The position numbers and the translations under genes are program-made. Below, piece by piece: positions 30,147 to 39,868 of a DNA stretch of 64,000 nucleotides. How positions within the stretch are numbered: the first letter of the stretch is position 1; the number at the start of each line of letters is the position of its first letter. The stretch comes from Nitrospinaceae bacterium (GTDB lineage Bacteria > Nitrospinota > Nitrospinia > Nitrospinales > Nitrospinaceae). The DNA is taken from the NCBI GenBank assembly GCA_965223665.1, contig OZ245011.1, positions 2,080,001 through 2,144,000 on the forward strand. The letters run 5' to 3'. The notes beneath the pieces are model-generated. The model saw only the letters and a list, made by a program, of their open reading frames with translations, made no database searches and was not told where the DNA came from.

Positions 30147-31415
30147 ATGAAGCCATCACTTAGTTTTTTCATTGGAATTATTTTTTTGTTTACCAGTTTC
30201 CCGGCTTTTGCCGTGACAGACGTCTTTACCAACCCGGAAGACAGTTACGTTCGCCAAACATCACCCGCCACTAACTATGGATCAGAACCTGTTCTCATCG
30301 CCGATGGAGTTTCACAGGATCCGGACAACGGGCTTTATGGAGAAATCGCAACAATGGTGAAATGGGATGTTTCTTCCATTCCTTCCGGCGTTACTATCAC
30401 TGGAGTGTCAGTTACTTTTAATTTTTCAGATGCCAGTTCGGCACCTTACCATTTTTACTCGCAAGATTCCGTTTGGTCCGAAGGTTCGGTGGATTGGAAT
30501 GATTTGAATTCCGGACCTGATATTTTAGGTTCGGTGCCGGCATTTACGTTTGGAAATGGAACTATTAATTTTAATGCCACAGGTGTGGCAATCGTACAGG
30601 GTTGGGTCGATGGCTCCCTACCTAACAACGGTTTCGCACTCCGTACCGGTGGAACTAATAATGGAATTATTATGGACTCTAAAGACTCCACCGGAACACC
30701 TCCTACCCTAAATGTGACTTATAACAACACCGGTCAAACACTGGCACAACGGGTCGCTTATCTGGAAAACCTTTTATCAAACGTTACGAAGGTGGGAAAC
30801 AATATTTATATTACAGGAGCCAACTTAAATATCCGAAACGGTCTTGGCACCACGAATGGTAACCCGAATGATCCTGATTCTACCACCTCCATTGCTGTGA
30901 ACGGACTGGGTAATCTGATTGTCGGTTATGACGAAATAATAGATCCCGAATTTCGTTCTTCTAATAAGTCCGGTTCTCATAATATTGTGATAGGCCATGG
31001 ACACAATTATTCCAGTGTCGGTGGTTTAATCGCTGGGATGGACAATGTGGTTTCTGGACCCTATTCTACCGTCTCTGCGGGATTACGTAATGAAGCCAGT
31101 GGTGAACAAGCCAGTGTCAGTGGCGGTGTAAGAAATTTAGCAAGAGGCAGACTTTCAAGTGTGAGTGGAGGATCTGTTAATGATGCCAGTGGTGTTTCTG
31201 CCAGCGTGAGTGGAGGGGAACAAAATGAAGCCGGAGGAGGCCATTCAAGTATTAGTGGTGGCTTTAGCAATACAACCAGTGGTGTTAACTCCAGTATTAC
31301 CGGTGGATTTGAAAATGAAGCTCAGGCAACCTACTCCACGGTGAGCGGGGGGTCCCTTAGAACAGCACCCGGAACTTATGACTGGGTCGCCGGGAGTTTG
31401 TTTGAGGATCAATAA
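30147..31415 (+). CDS. DNRLRE/SxSGG-repeat protein, paralog 6
   Basis: Start moved to ATG 30147 after the shared leader/SD. Confidence 0.85.
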   Translation: MKPSLSFFIGIIFLFTSFPAFAVTDVFTNPEDSYVRQTSPATNYGSEPVLIADGVSQDPDNGLYGEIATMVKWDVSSIPSGVTITGVSVTFNFSDASSAPYHFYSQDSVWSEGSVDWNDLNSGPDILGSVPAFTFGNGTINFNATGVAIVQGWVDGSLPNNGFALRTGGTNNGIIMDSKDSTGTPPTLNVTYNNTGQTLAQRVAYLENLLSNVTKVGNNIYITGANLNIRNGLGTTNGNPNDPDSTTSIAVNGLGNLIVGYDEIIDPEFRSSNKSGSHNIVIGHGHNYSSVGGLIAGMDNVVSGPYSTVSAGLRNEASGEQASVSGGVRNLARGRLSSVSGGSVNDASGVSASVSGGEQNEAGGGHSSISGGFSNTTSGVNSSITGGFENEAQATYSTVSGGSLRTAPGTYDWVAGSLFEDQ

Positions 31416-31899
31416 TACTTTAATAAACAGTTTCGTTCCGGGTGGTTCCACCACCCGGTTGCGGAAGCGGAGGCCGTTGGCATTTCCTACCCATCGGCCC
31501 AAAATCTGCAATTTTTAATATAACAAACATGATCCTTTCCGATATTTTCTTTTGAGTAATCTCAATCCTAGTTTGTCTAAAAACAACTATATTTTTATCT
31601 GAAAAATAATTATAAACCAAGACTCCTTTCCGAAAAGCTGCTGAAAACCCTTCTTCTTCAGTCCATACTCGCCACCTGTTTCACCCCCCTTTTGAACCAT
31701 TACATTCATGACCGGTTAGAATTCCATTTGATTTTTTCGAGCTAAGGATATTTCCGGTTGCTCACCGAATGTGACAAGTTTCGTCACTTGACAGACCTGA
31801 TTCGGTATGAGTAAATACGGGTCCACTTCATTGAATACATTCAGGTTTCAAACCGTTGACCCTATATTTTTTTATATTTATTTTCCAAGGAGGAATAGC

Positions 31900-33183
31900 A
31901 TGAAACGAGTGTTTAGTTTATCGATGGGATTGGTAATACTGTTGACGAGTGTATCTGCATTTGCGGTGACGGATACATTTTTAACTACCAACGATAGTGA
32001 ATTGAGAGACACTTCTCCCACGCGAAATTATGGGAGCAATCCACTTTTTTTTGCCGATGGGGTGAACCAGGACGGAGACGCCAACGGAGTCTATGGAGAA
32101 GTCGTTGCTATCGTAAAATGGGATATTTCCTCCATCCCCGCCAACGCCACCGTGACGGGAGCTTCAATTACCTTTAAATATGCAGACGCCAGTTCGGGTC
32201 CCTATTATTTCTATTCACAAAATTCGCCCTGGACCGAAAGTACGGTTACCTGGAATGATATGGATCAAGGCCCGGTCATTTTGGGCTCTGTCGCTCCCTT
32301 CACCTTTGGAGTCGGGACCAGTGTGCTCAATGCAGACGGAATCGCCCTGGTACAAAGTTGGGTCGATGGTTCGGTTAATAATAATGGAATTTTAATTCGT
32401 AATAGTGATAACAATAACGGTATTTCCATGGAAGCTCACAATCAGGGAGGAATGGCCGGTTCCTTGGAAGTCACTTATACTGTAGATGATCAACCGACCC
32501 TGGAAAGCCTGCAGGCGGAAATCAACCGGCTCAATAATATTTTGGCCGGAGTGAAGCGCATTAACGACGACATTTTCTTTGATGGAGTGAATGTTTATAT
32601 TCGAAATGGTCTGGGTGCCACTAATGGAAATCCGGACGATCCCATTAATGGTGCACCTGGAATTGCTCAGGTAAATGGACTTGGAAATTTAATTGTGGGA
32701 TATAACCTGGAAAATGATGTCATTCCCTCCGATAGATCTGGTTCTCATAATATTGTTTTGGGAGACGCTCACAGTTATACCAACTACGGAGGGATGGTTA
32801 CTGGATTTCGAAATCTTGTATCCGCTCCAAATGCTATGGTTATTGGAGGAGTAAACAATATTGCCGATGGACATCATTCATTTATCGGGGGTGGAACCAG
32901 CAACAAAACAATGGGCGGTTATTCAAACATTTCCGGGGGTTCTGGAAATACAGCAAATGGAGATATGGCAAGCATTTCAGGCGGATCCGGCAATCAGGCC
33001 AATGGCAACACCTCTTTTATTGGTGGAGGCAGCCAAAATACAACCAATGGATTTAATTCTAATGTAACAGGAGGACGAAGAAACATCGCTGACGGTAACT
33101 ACTCAACTGTCAGTGGCGGGGCGGACCGAACCGCCGCAGGCGAGGATGACTGGGTTGCCGGGAGTTTGTTTGAAGATTTTTAG
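31900..33183 (+). CDS. DNRLRE/SxSGG-repeat protein, paralog 7 (more divergent)
   Basis: ATG 31900 with AGGAGG SD; ends DWVAGSLFEDF. Confidence 0.85.
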   Translation: MKRVFSLSMGLVILLTSVSAFAVTDTFLTTNDSELRDTSPTRNYGSNPLFFADGVNQDGDANGVYGEVVAIVKWDISSIPANATVTGASITFKYADASSGPYYFYSQNSPWTESTVTWNDMDQGPVILGSVAPFTFGVGTSVLNADGIALVQSWVDGSVNNNGILIRNSDNNNGISMEAHNQGGMAGSLEVTYTVDDQPTLESLQAEINRLNNILAGVKRINDDIFFDGVNVYIRNGLGATNGNPDDPINGAPGIAQVNGLGNLIVGYNLENDVIPSDRSGSHNIVLGDAHSYTNYGGMVTGFRNLVSAPNAMVIGGVNNIADGHHSFIGGGTSNKTMGGYSNISGGSGNTANGDMASISGGSGNQANGNTSFIGGGSQNTTNGFNSNVTGGRRNIADGNYSTVSGGADRTAAGEDDWVAGSLFEDF

Positions 33184-33283
33184 TGTCTTAAATAGATATA
33201 CCACAGACTTAAGAAAATTCTCCGAGTCTGCTGGCTATAAAAAAAGTCTTCGAGAATGAAATGCTGAGTCCAGCGTCACGCTG

Positions 33284-33303
33284 GTTTGTTTGAAGATAAT
33301 TAG
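33284..33303 (+). pseudogene. Relic 3' end of an additional array paralog
   Basis: GTTTGTTTGAAGATAATTAG encodes LFEDN-stop, nearly identical to the end of paralog 5. Confidence 0.55.
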
Positions 33304-33316
33304 TTTCCCATAACAT

Positions 33317-33340
33317 AGACCCCGGTTGCCGCCGGGGTCT
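33317..33340. terminator. Hairpin between convergent genes
   Basis: AGACCCCGG-ttgccg-CCGGGGTCT. Confidence 0.65.
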
Positions 33341-33386
33341 GGTTTCAATTTGTACCGATTGTTGTTGAGATACCCGGTAGAAACAA

Positions 33387-35234
33387 TCAACTCTGGCAGT
33401 GGGTGTCTTTAAACTTGGTTAAGTCTTTTTTCAGGGAAAATTGTTTTTTAATCTTTTCGGCTTCCGTTAGAATTTTGCATCCTTGTTCTGAGGATGAATG
33501 ATCAAAAAGATGAATGGAGTACAGGAGTAACATATTCATCAGGTAATTCTTATAGGGTTCGGGATTGGTTTTAATTTCAGTTCGCAGAAGCCCTAAGGTT
33601 TCATCATAGGTTTTATTGACGGCGTCCACCCTATCTAACTTCTCGTAAACCTCTAACATGGCGGTTAAGGTCGTTATGACTTTCGAGGTAAACACCGTCG
33701 GGTTAATTTCCTTCAACTGTTTAAAAATACTTAAGGCTTCCTGATAGTTTTCAACAGCAGGTTCCAGTTTTCCCTGCTCCTGATAAAGAAGACTTAAAGT
33801 TGTTAATGTGCTGGCCAGATAATTGCCGAAAGCCGGGAAGTTTTTCTCGGCCAGGTTTCTATAAATTTCCAGGGACTGTTTATAATACGCTACACTCTTT
33901 TCATATTGTTTCAAGACCTGGTGAAGCAATCCCAGGTTTCTTAACGTGGACGCATACTCCAATCCATACGCCCGGTTCCTCTCGTAGAATTCTTCATAAA
34001 TTTCCAGCGCCTGGTTAAACTTCTTTGCGGCCAGCTCATTTTTTTTATTCTCAATATAAAGGTGCCCCAGGATATTGTTGATCTGACCGCGATTGGCCGA
34101 AGAAATCAATTTATTCTCTACCTCTTCGTTTTCTTTCAAGGCTTGTTTTAATTTTTTTTCTGACGCTTCAAACTGCTTATCATCCTGAAAAGTAATACCT
34201 AAATCCACCAGGGAAGCAACGACAAAAGGTTGAAACTTTTTCTTGTTTTTTGTGACTAGAAACTGTCGCAACTTTAGCGATTGCTCGAACTGAGGTTTTG
34301 CTTCCTCTATTTTTTTTTCTGCACGGTAGAGCTTCCCCAAATTTTCAAGCGTGTTCGAAATAATTCGCTTTTTTTCGATTCCATTGATTTGGAGTTTCTT
34401 TTTTATTTCTAATGCCGCGAGTAAATGGGACTCCGCTTTTTTGAACCGATTGGTATCCCGGTAAACCATGGCAATATTGTTCAAGGCTTTCGCTAGAGGA
34501 TAATTGTAATCTTCAGGTTTAGATTTGGCCCGGTTGCGGTAAGTGAACAACACTTGCTCATAGTTTTCTTCTGCTTTTTTATACTGTTTTTGCTGATAGT
34601 AAACCTTCGCTAAAGAAAACACATAATCCAGCTTGTCGGGATCTAAATTACTGGCCTTTTTATATTCGGTGAGGGCCCGCAAGGGGTTGAACTCCAGCTC
34701 GTGCATTAACCCTCGCGAATAATAAATAGAAGCCAGCTTTTTTTCTTCTTTCAATGCAAGTTCATCTAATATGTGCCGTGCTTTTTTAAATTCTCCCGCT
34801 TCCAGAAACTGGCGGGCTTTCTCCGCCATAGCATCGGACATTCCGGAAATTTGCAATTGATTATTCAGGGAATCAAATTTTTCTTTCCATTTATTGGCTT
34901 CTTCAATTTTTTTCTCCAGGGAAGAAAACTGCTCTTTTAATATTTTATTGAGCTGAACTAAAGCTTTGGGAGGCAACCCGGAGCAGTCGATATTCACATC
35001 GCCTTTGACTTCATTAATAATGGGACTACAGTCCCCATAAGTGGTCTGAGATTGGCTGGCAACTTTTTCAGGGAAATGAAATTGTAGAATTACGAAAAAA
35101 CCAAGCAGCAGGGCACGCGCGAGCGAAAAACCATAGCATTGCCCTGAATGTTTAAGGGCAGGCTCACCAGGTTCAGGAAAATCAATAAACCTTTTAAACT
35201 TTAATCTAATACTTCCCATCCTGCACTCATTCAA
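33387..35234 (-). CDS. Exported/anchored TPR protein with N-terminal motif A, coiled coil and TPR array
   Basis: Hydrophobic ALLLGFFVILQF, then TYGDCSPIINEVKGDVN, then AKALNNIA/ASTLRNLG-type TPRs; exact start uncertain. Confidence 0.8.
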   Translation of the reverse strand: MNECRMGSIRLKFKRFIDFPEPGEPALKHSGQCYGFSLARALLLGFFVILQFHFPEKVASQSQTTYGDCSPIINEVKGDVNIDCSGLPPKALVQLNKILKEQFSSLEKKIEEANKWKEKFDSLNNQLQISGMSDAMAEKARQFLEAGEFKKARHILDELALKEEKKLASIYYSRGLMHELEFNPLRALTEYKKASNLDPDKLDYVFSLAKVYYQQKQYKKAEENYEQVLFTYRNRAKSKPEDYNYPLAKALNNIAMVYRDTNRFKKAESHLLAALEIKKKLQINGIEKKRIISNTLENLGKLYRAEKKIEEAKPQFEQSLKLRQFLVTKNKKKFQPFVVASLVDLGITFQDDKQFEASEKKLKQALKENEEVENKLISSANRGQINNILGHLYIENKKNELAAKKFNQALEIYEEFYERNRAYGLEYASTLRNLGLLHQVLKQYEKSVAYYKQSLEIYRNLAEKNFPAFGNYLASTLTTLSLLYQEQGKLEPAVENYQEALSIFKQLKEINPTVFTSKVITTLTAMLEVYEKLDRVDAVNKTYDETLGLLRTEIKTNPEPYKNYLMNMLLLYSIHLFDHSSSEQGCKILTEAEKIKKQFSLKKDLTKFKDTHCQS

Positions 35235-35284
35235 TCAATAATGAGTTTTTTAACGAAACCAATAGGAGAAAGAGTTTTTTTGGG

Positions 35285-35665
35285 TTAATCTTTTGAGTTT
35301 CCGGAGTTCACACTAAAATTAACATCTCCTCCCACCCCTTCAATAATCGGGCTGCTGTCACCATGCGTTTCCTTATTATTGGTTGGGCTGGACACCGGGT
35401 TATTCCCAGCCGGCACACTTCCCGAGTCAGCTGGAGTGGCATTTTGAGTATTGGACGGTTGGGATTTTGCCGCTTCTTTCTGATAAGACAAAGTCATCCC
35501 GCCAAGCAATGCCAGCAACGCCATAAAGTATGCTGCTTTTGGCACCCATCCGGAGCCGCCCGTTTTAACTATCTTGGGCAAAAATATAAAAACCAAAAAC
35601 AGGGCGAACCCCACCAAACCTAAAGGATTGGTAACTATGTCAATCCATTTATCGATACTGGCCAA
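35285..35665 (-). CDS. Two-TM small protein with C-terminal motif A
   Basis: AAGGAG SD, TTG start; TMs PLGLVGFALFLVFIFL and AAYFMALLALLGGMTL; S/P/N/T linker; THGDSSPIIEGVGGDVN. Confidence 0.8.
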   Translation of the reverse strand: MASIDKWIDIVTNPLGLVGFALFLVFIFLPKIVKTGGSGWVPKAAYFMALLALLGGMTLSYQKEAAKSQPSNTQNATPADSGSVPAGNNPVSSPTNNKETHGDSSPIIEGVGGDVNFSVNSGNSKD

Positions 35666-35741
35666 GAGATATCTCCTTAAAAGATTCTAATAACTTTAAT
35701 ATTGGTCCTTCAGTCAAAAATTACAATGTTATCTCCCACAC

Positions 35742-37265
35742 TTAATAAAGAAACTTTATACCCGCAGTCGCAATATTTTCCTTAAAATCAACAATCGGAA
35801 AATTTGAAATACTATCAATGTGCTTGTAGCTGATTATAAATTCGAAATAGGTGAACATGTATCTGGACCAGCTGACATCAAAGATATGGCGCTTGTCCAG
35901 ACGATCGGTACCTATAAGAGGCGTAATATTTTTATAGTCACGAATGAAATACGAATAACCAAACTCCAGTTTGCCCTTGAAACAAGTGGGCACCTTTCCT
36001 GCGGTGATAAACTTATGGCCCACAAAATCGAACCGGGGCCCTTCGGTATTTTCTATGACCAGTTCGTATCCCACTTTAAAAGAAGCTTTACCATTATTAA
36101 AGTTTACGCTCTGCGAAATTCCTAACGAATATCTCACCCCGTCTCTGATTTGGTTTATATCACGTAAAAAGTTTTTCAACTGTGTGAGAAAATACAGGTT
36201 CAAATAAAAACTGGGATTGGATAAATCCACCCCCAGTAAATTGAGGTCGGATTTTAAATTGCCTACTTCCCTTCCACCGCTCAGCAGGAAACCATTGGTC
36301 TGAAGGAAACCCGATCCGCCTAAAAAGTTATAATAATAAAGATAATCCAACCCAAAATCGTATTTCCCCGCCTTAAAGTTATTGGAGAAAGTGATCGCGT
36401 GGGTTTGCAAATTAAATTCATTCTCGTCCACGTAGATACTCTGGAAAAAGTTATACTCCACCTCGGAGGAATACTTTCGTTTATCCACAATTCGAACCCC
36501 GCCACCGGCTTCAAAAATAAAAGCGACGTCAGACGCTTGCGATACCAAATCCTGTTCTGAACTGATTAAATTGTCATCGTACTGAACGCTGGAACCTGCT
36601 TCGAACCACCATCTTTTTTTCTTGCGCTTGCCGGTGTGCATGTTCTGAAGATAATCATTTGCCTGTTTCGAAATATCCGATTGAGAATCTAATTGAATGG
36701 CATCGCTGAAACTGACTTTCGCCTGCGCCAGATCTCCGTTTCTAAAATGAAAAATTCCCAGATAGTATAGATAGGGTTGGGTAAACCGGTTGTCCAATTG
36801 CGAGGCTTCCTTTAAGAAAACCATCGCCTGTTGGGAGTCGTCGAGTTTTTTTAAAGTCACCCCTTTATAAAACAAGGCAGAAGCATCTTGAGGATGGTTT
36901 TTTAAATAGAGATCAAATTCTTTCAAAGCGTTTTCAAAATGTTGCGCCTGGTAATTTACCAGGCCCTTTTGAAAACTTAAATCTGAAAGAGACTCATCCA
37001 AAGATTGGGCTTTTTCGTAAGCCTCAATCGCAGCATCATACTTTTTTTGGGATTTGTAGACTTGCCCCAGATAAAAATAGGCGAAGGCATTTTGGGGTTC
37101 TGCTTTAATGATTTGATTGAATATCGCTTCTGCTTCGTTGTATTTCTTATTTTTAAAATATTCAATTCCCTTTTGGAAATCAGGGGCAGAGGGTTCTCCA
37201 TAAGAAATGACTGGAGCCAGTAATATGAGGACCGCTATCTGAATCAATAGCCAGTATTTTTTCAT
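35742..37265 (-). CDS. TPR + C-terminal outer-membrane beta-barrel (Slam/DUF560-like architecture)
   Basis: Signal peptide, TPRs, YDDN motif, alternating beta strands, aromatic C-terminus IKFLY. Confidence 0.75.
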   Translation of the reverse strand: MKKYWLLIQIAVLILLAPVISYGEPSAPDFQKGIEYFKNKKYNEAEAIFNQIIKAEPQNAFAYFYLGQVYKSQKKYDAAIEAYEKAQSLDESLSDLSFQKGLVNYQAQHFENALKEFDLYLKNHPQDASALFYKGVTLKKLDDSQQAMVFLKEASQLDNRFTQPYLYYLGIFHFRNGDLAQAKVSFSDAIQLDSQSDISKQANDYLQNMHTGKRKKKRWWFEAGSSVQYDDNLISSEQDLVSQASDVAFIFEAGGGVRIVDKRKYSSEVEYNFFQSIYVDENEFNLQTHAITFSNNFKAGKYDFGLDYLYYYNFLGGSGFLQTNGFLLSGGREVGNLKSDLNLLGVDLSNPSFYLNLYFLTQLKNFLRDINQIRDGVRYSLGISQSVNFNNGKASFKVGYELVIENTEGPRFDFVGHKFITAGKVPTCFKGKLEFGYSYFIRDYKNITPLIGTDRLDKRHIFDVSWSRYMFTYFEFIISYKHIDSISNFPIVDFKENIATAGIKFLY

Positions 37266-37374
37266 TCCCTATCCTGTAGTTTTCTATCAAAACAAGGAAC
37301 AGGCTTTAAATGCAATTTAATGAAAACTTGAGTTCAAATATTTAAAGCGAGCTGAACCACCTGCGGAAAACAAA

Positions 37375-37785
37375 TTATCTTGCCACCCCTCCACTCCCTG
37401 CAGGTTTGATAGAATCAAAAATATCTTGTCGAATCTGGAGCTTGATATCATTTACAATTTCATTCTTCACATCATCCCGAATACTTTTTTTGATATCATC
37501 CTTGACCGATTCTTTAATGTCCTGATTAATGAGTTCAGGATTTCCCGGTCTGTCTTTTTTTAGAGGTTCTACTTTCTTAATTTCCTCCGGTGCTTGACTG
37601 AACAGCTCAAAGTCTTTTTTTCGAATCGTGTTTCCGGATGATTTGGATATCAACCCATCGTTGGTTTCCAAAAACGAGATATAGTTTTCCGAAGGATTCC
37701 AAACAGGATCGCTTTCTAAAGCAAAGCCGTTTTCAGAGATTCCGAATCCGATAGTACTTATGATGAGCAAAGCGACTATAGGCAT
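37375..37785 (-). CDS. Small secreted protein with periodic charged repeats, paralog B
   Basis: Signal-like N-terminus; IKESVKDD-IKKSIRDD-VKNEIVND-IKLQIRQD. Confidence 0.7.
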   Translation of the reverse strand: MPIVALLIISTIGFGISENGFALESDPVWNPSENYISFLETNDGLISKSSGNTIRKKDFELFSQAPEEIKKVEPLKKDRPGNPELINQDIKESVKDDIKKSIRDDVKNEIVNDIKLQIRQDIFDSIKPAGSGGVAR

Positions 37786-37898
37786 TTTCCTCTCTCCTTA
37801 TATTTCAATTTAAAATTCTTTAAGCCTGTGCGCCAATTTTCTTTATAGAAATGCCTAAACCCACAAAGGACCTACTCTAAAAATACGGATCAGGAGGA

Positions 37899-38318
37899 TT
37901 AGTTTGTTGAAGGGAGCCCATTACCTCCACCTCCTGAAGGTCTTATTGAATCAAAAATATCCTGGCGAATCTGGTTTTTTAAATCCTTGGCAATATCATC
38001 CTTAATATCTTCACGAATGTTTTTCCGGACATCCTCTTTAACCGAATCTTTGATGTCTCGATTGATGGACTCAAGATGACCCGGTCTCTCCTTTTTTAAG
38101 GATTCAATTTTCTTTACTTCCTCAGGAGCCTGACTGAATAACTCAAAGTCATTATTCCGTTTATACATCTGGGAGAATTTGGAAATCGACACCTGATTGG
38201 GCTCTAAAAGCATAATAAAGTTTTCCGAAAACTGGATTCTATTATCCTCTAAAGCAAAGCTATTCTCAGAGAAGCCTAACCCGATAGTACTTATGAACAG
38301 CAAAGCAACTACAGGCAT
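37899..38318 (-). CDS. Small secreted protein with periodic charged repeats, paralog A
   Basis: Start moved to MPVVALL (AGGAG SD) by analogy with paralog B; shared FELFSQAPEE and IRQDIFDSI. Confidence 0.7.
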   Translation of the reverse strand: MPVVALLFISTIGLGFSENSFALEDNRIQFSENFIMLLEPNQVSISKFSQMYKRNNDFELFSQAPEEVKKIESLKKERPGHLESINRDIKDSVKEDVRKNIREDIKDDIAKDLKNQIRQDIFDSIRPSGGGGNGLPSTN

Positions 38319-38480
38319 TTCTACTCTCCTATAAATTTTATGGGAAATTCGATGCACTTATTCGGAATCTTAGCTCAATTAGATCAATGCTGTCAACTAT
38401 TTCGGGCTGAATCCTGAACGCAAAACGTGAGCCGGAAAAATTAAAAACAGACTCGGGATCTATGCGAAAAAAGTAGTTTT

Positions 38481-38771
38481 TTAACGACTGCTCGGCGGGG
38501 TTTCCACAAACGGGATTCGAATGTCATGCTCCATCAATACATTTTTATAATGGTTGAGTCGTTCCCGAAGTGCATTTCTCAGTTGGTTCATTTCCCTTAA
38601 AGCTTCATCCGTCTGGTTGTGTTTCAATGCAGTAAAAACTTCATCGGCCATTCGGCATAATTGATATAAATCGTCTCCCTGAATCAAACTGCCGGGAAAT
38701 TTCCGCCCCGGAGATTTAATGACAGAAAAATTAGGCTCTGTAGAATAGATTTCAACGGTTTCTTTGCGCAT
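38481..38771 (-). CDS. DUF6959-like small protein
   Basis: VEIYS...VIKSPGRKFPGSLIQGD motif. Confidence 0.6.
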   Translation of the reverse strand: MRKETVEIYSTEPNFSVIKSPGRKFPGSLIQGDDLYQLCRMADEVFTALKHNQTDEALREMNQLRNALRERLNHYKNVLMEHDIRIPFVETPPSSR

Positions 38772-38884
38772 ATTTTCGTTTCCAATTTAAAAGAAAAGTT
38801 TAATTGAGAAAACTAACCCATATTTTAACGAGGGCTTGGGATAAAAGTCGACAACGAAATCAAAACAAAGTTCTTGAAAAAGGA

Positions 38885-39075
38885 TCGATGCGCTCCCTCT
38901 TTCCCAATCTGGCGATTGGAGGCAACTCACTGGCCATGTGGGGCAAACGGGATTTTCGAAAATTTCCGGAGATATAGGATTCTAAGAAACCTAACGAAAA
39001 TAAATGTTACCCGCAGGCGTTAGCCTGCTGAGTGCAGCGTCACGCTGCGGGTGGGGTGATTCACCTTCAGGGATT
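38885..39075 (+). repeat. Composite repeat: REP-like core interrupted by further palindromes; inverted homolog at ~1005-1145
   Basis: ATGCGCTCCCTCTTTCCCAATCTGGCGATTGGAGGCAAC closely matches the reverse complement of ~1105-1143; ends GGGGTGATTCACC. Confidence 0.7.
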
Positions 39076-39280
39076 TTAATTTGGTGGCGCATCACCAACT
39101 CCTTTTATTAGGTAGATTCTGTTAAAAATAAAAACCCCAATCGGCTCTTCTTATAAAGCATAATTGCCTTGCATCGGAAAAGCGAAAATAGTAGGGTTAA
39201 GGTATAATTCCGATCACTAACCCGAAAACTGGTTTTTATGTAAAACTTTTCTGCATTTAAATATTTTAAGGAGAGGAATC

Positions 39281-39868
39281 ATGCCATATCATCGAACGAT
39301 TTTATGTTTATTGAGCTCTACCTTACTCGCCACACCTCACGCCGTCGCCGATAACCTGGACCAGGCACAAAAAGCTCTTAATATGATTCAGGAATCCGCT
39401 ATTAAAATGTGCGGAGAAACTTCCACCAAACACACATCGTCTTCTTTAGAACTAAGCGGTAAATCGAAAGCCGAATTAAAAAACCTGATCAGTAAATTGA
39501 TGGGGTTGAAAATCCAGGGAGCCGCCAAATACCAAACCTCAGAATCCGAAGGCGTGCTGCAAAAAGACTTAGCCGGTGAACTCAAGGATACTCGCAATTG
39601 CAGACGCGATCTGTTTCAATCCCTGCAAAAGAAGTTAGTGCCCGACTTGTCTTCCCAATCAGGTAGTAACGGGAATGTCAACGTAGGAGGCAATCAAACC
39701 GGGGATATTAAAGGCAATACCGGAAACATTCGTATCGGCGATTCCTTCGGAGGCGATAAAATCGAAGGCGACAAAATTGTGAAAGAAACACATATCAGCG
39801 GCAATCAGGTCAACCACATTGAAACCAACACCGGCACCATCAACATCGGTGGCATTCCAGACAAATGA
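39281..39868 (+). CDS. Secreted two-Cys domain protein with C-terminal motifs C and B
   Basis: AAGGAGAGG SD; signal ending AVA; GNQTGDIKGNTGNIRIGDSFGGDKIEGDKI then ISGNQVNHIETNTGTINIG. Confidence 0.85.
   Translation: MPYHRTILCLLSSTLLATPHAVADNLDQAQKALNMIQESAIKMCGETSTKHTSSSLELSGKSKAELKNLISKLMGLKIQGAAKYQTSESEGVLQKDLAGELKDTRNCRRDLFQSLQKKLVPDLSSQSGSNGNVNVGGNQTGDIKGNTGNIRIGDSFGGDKIEGDKIVKETHISGNQVNHIETNTGTINIGGIPDK

Noticed and set aside
22557-33183. DGR, shufflon or CRISPR explanation for the repeats
   Set aside because: No reverse transcriptase or invertase, no adenine-specific TR/VR pair noticed, no regular repeat-spacer pattern
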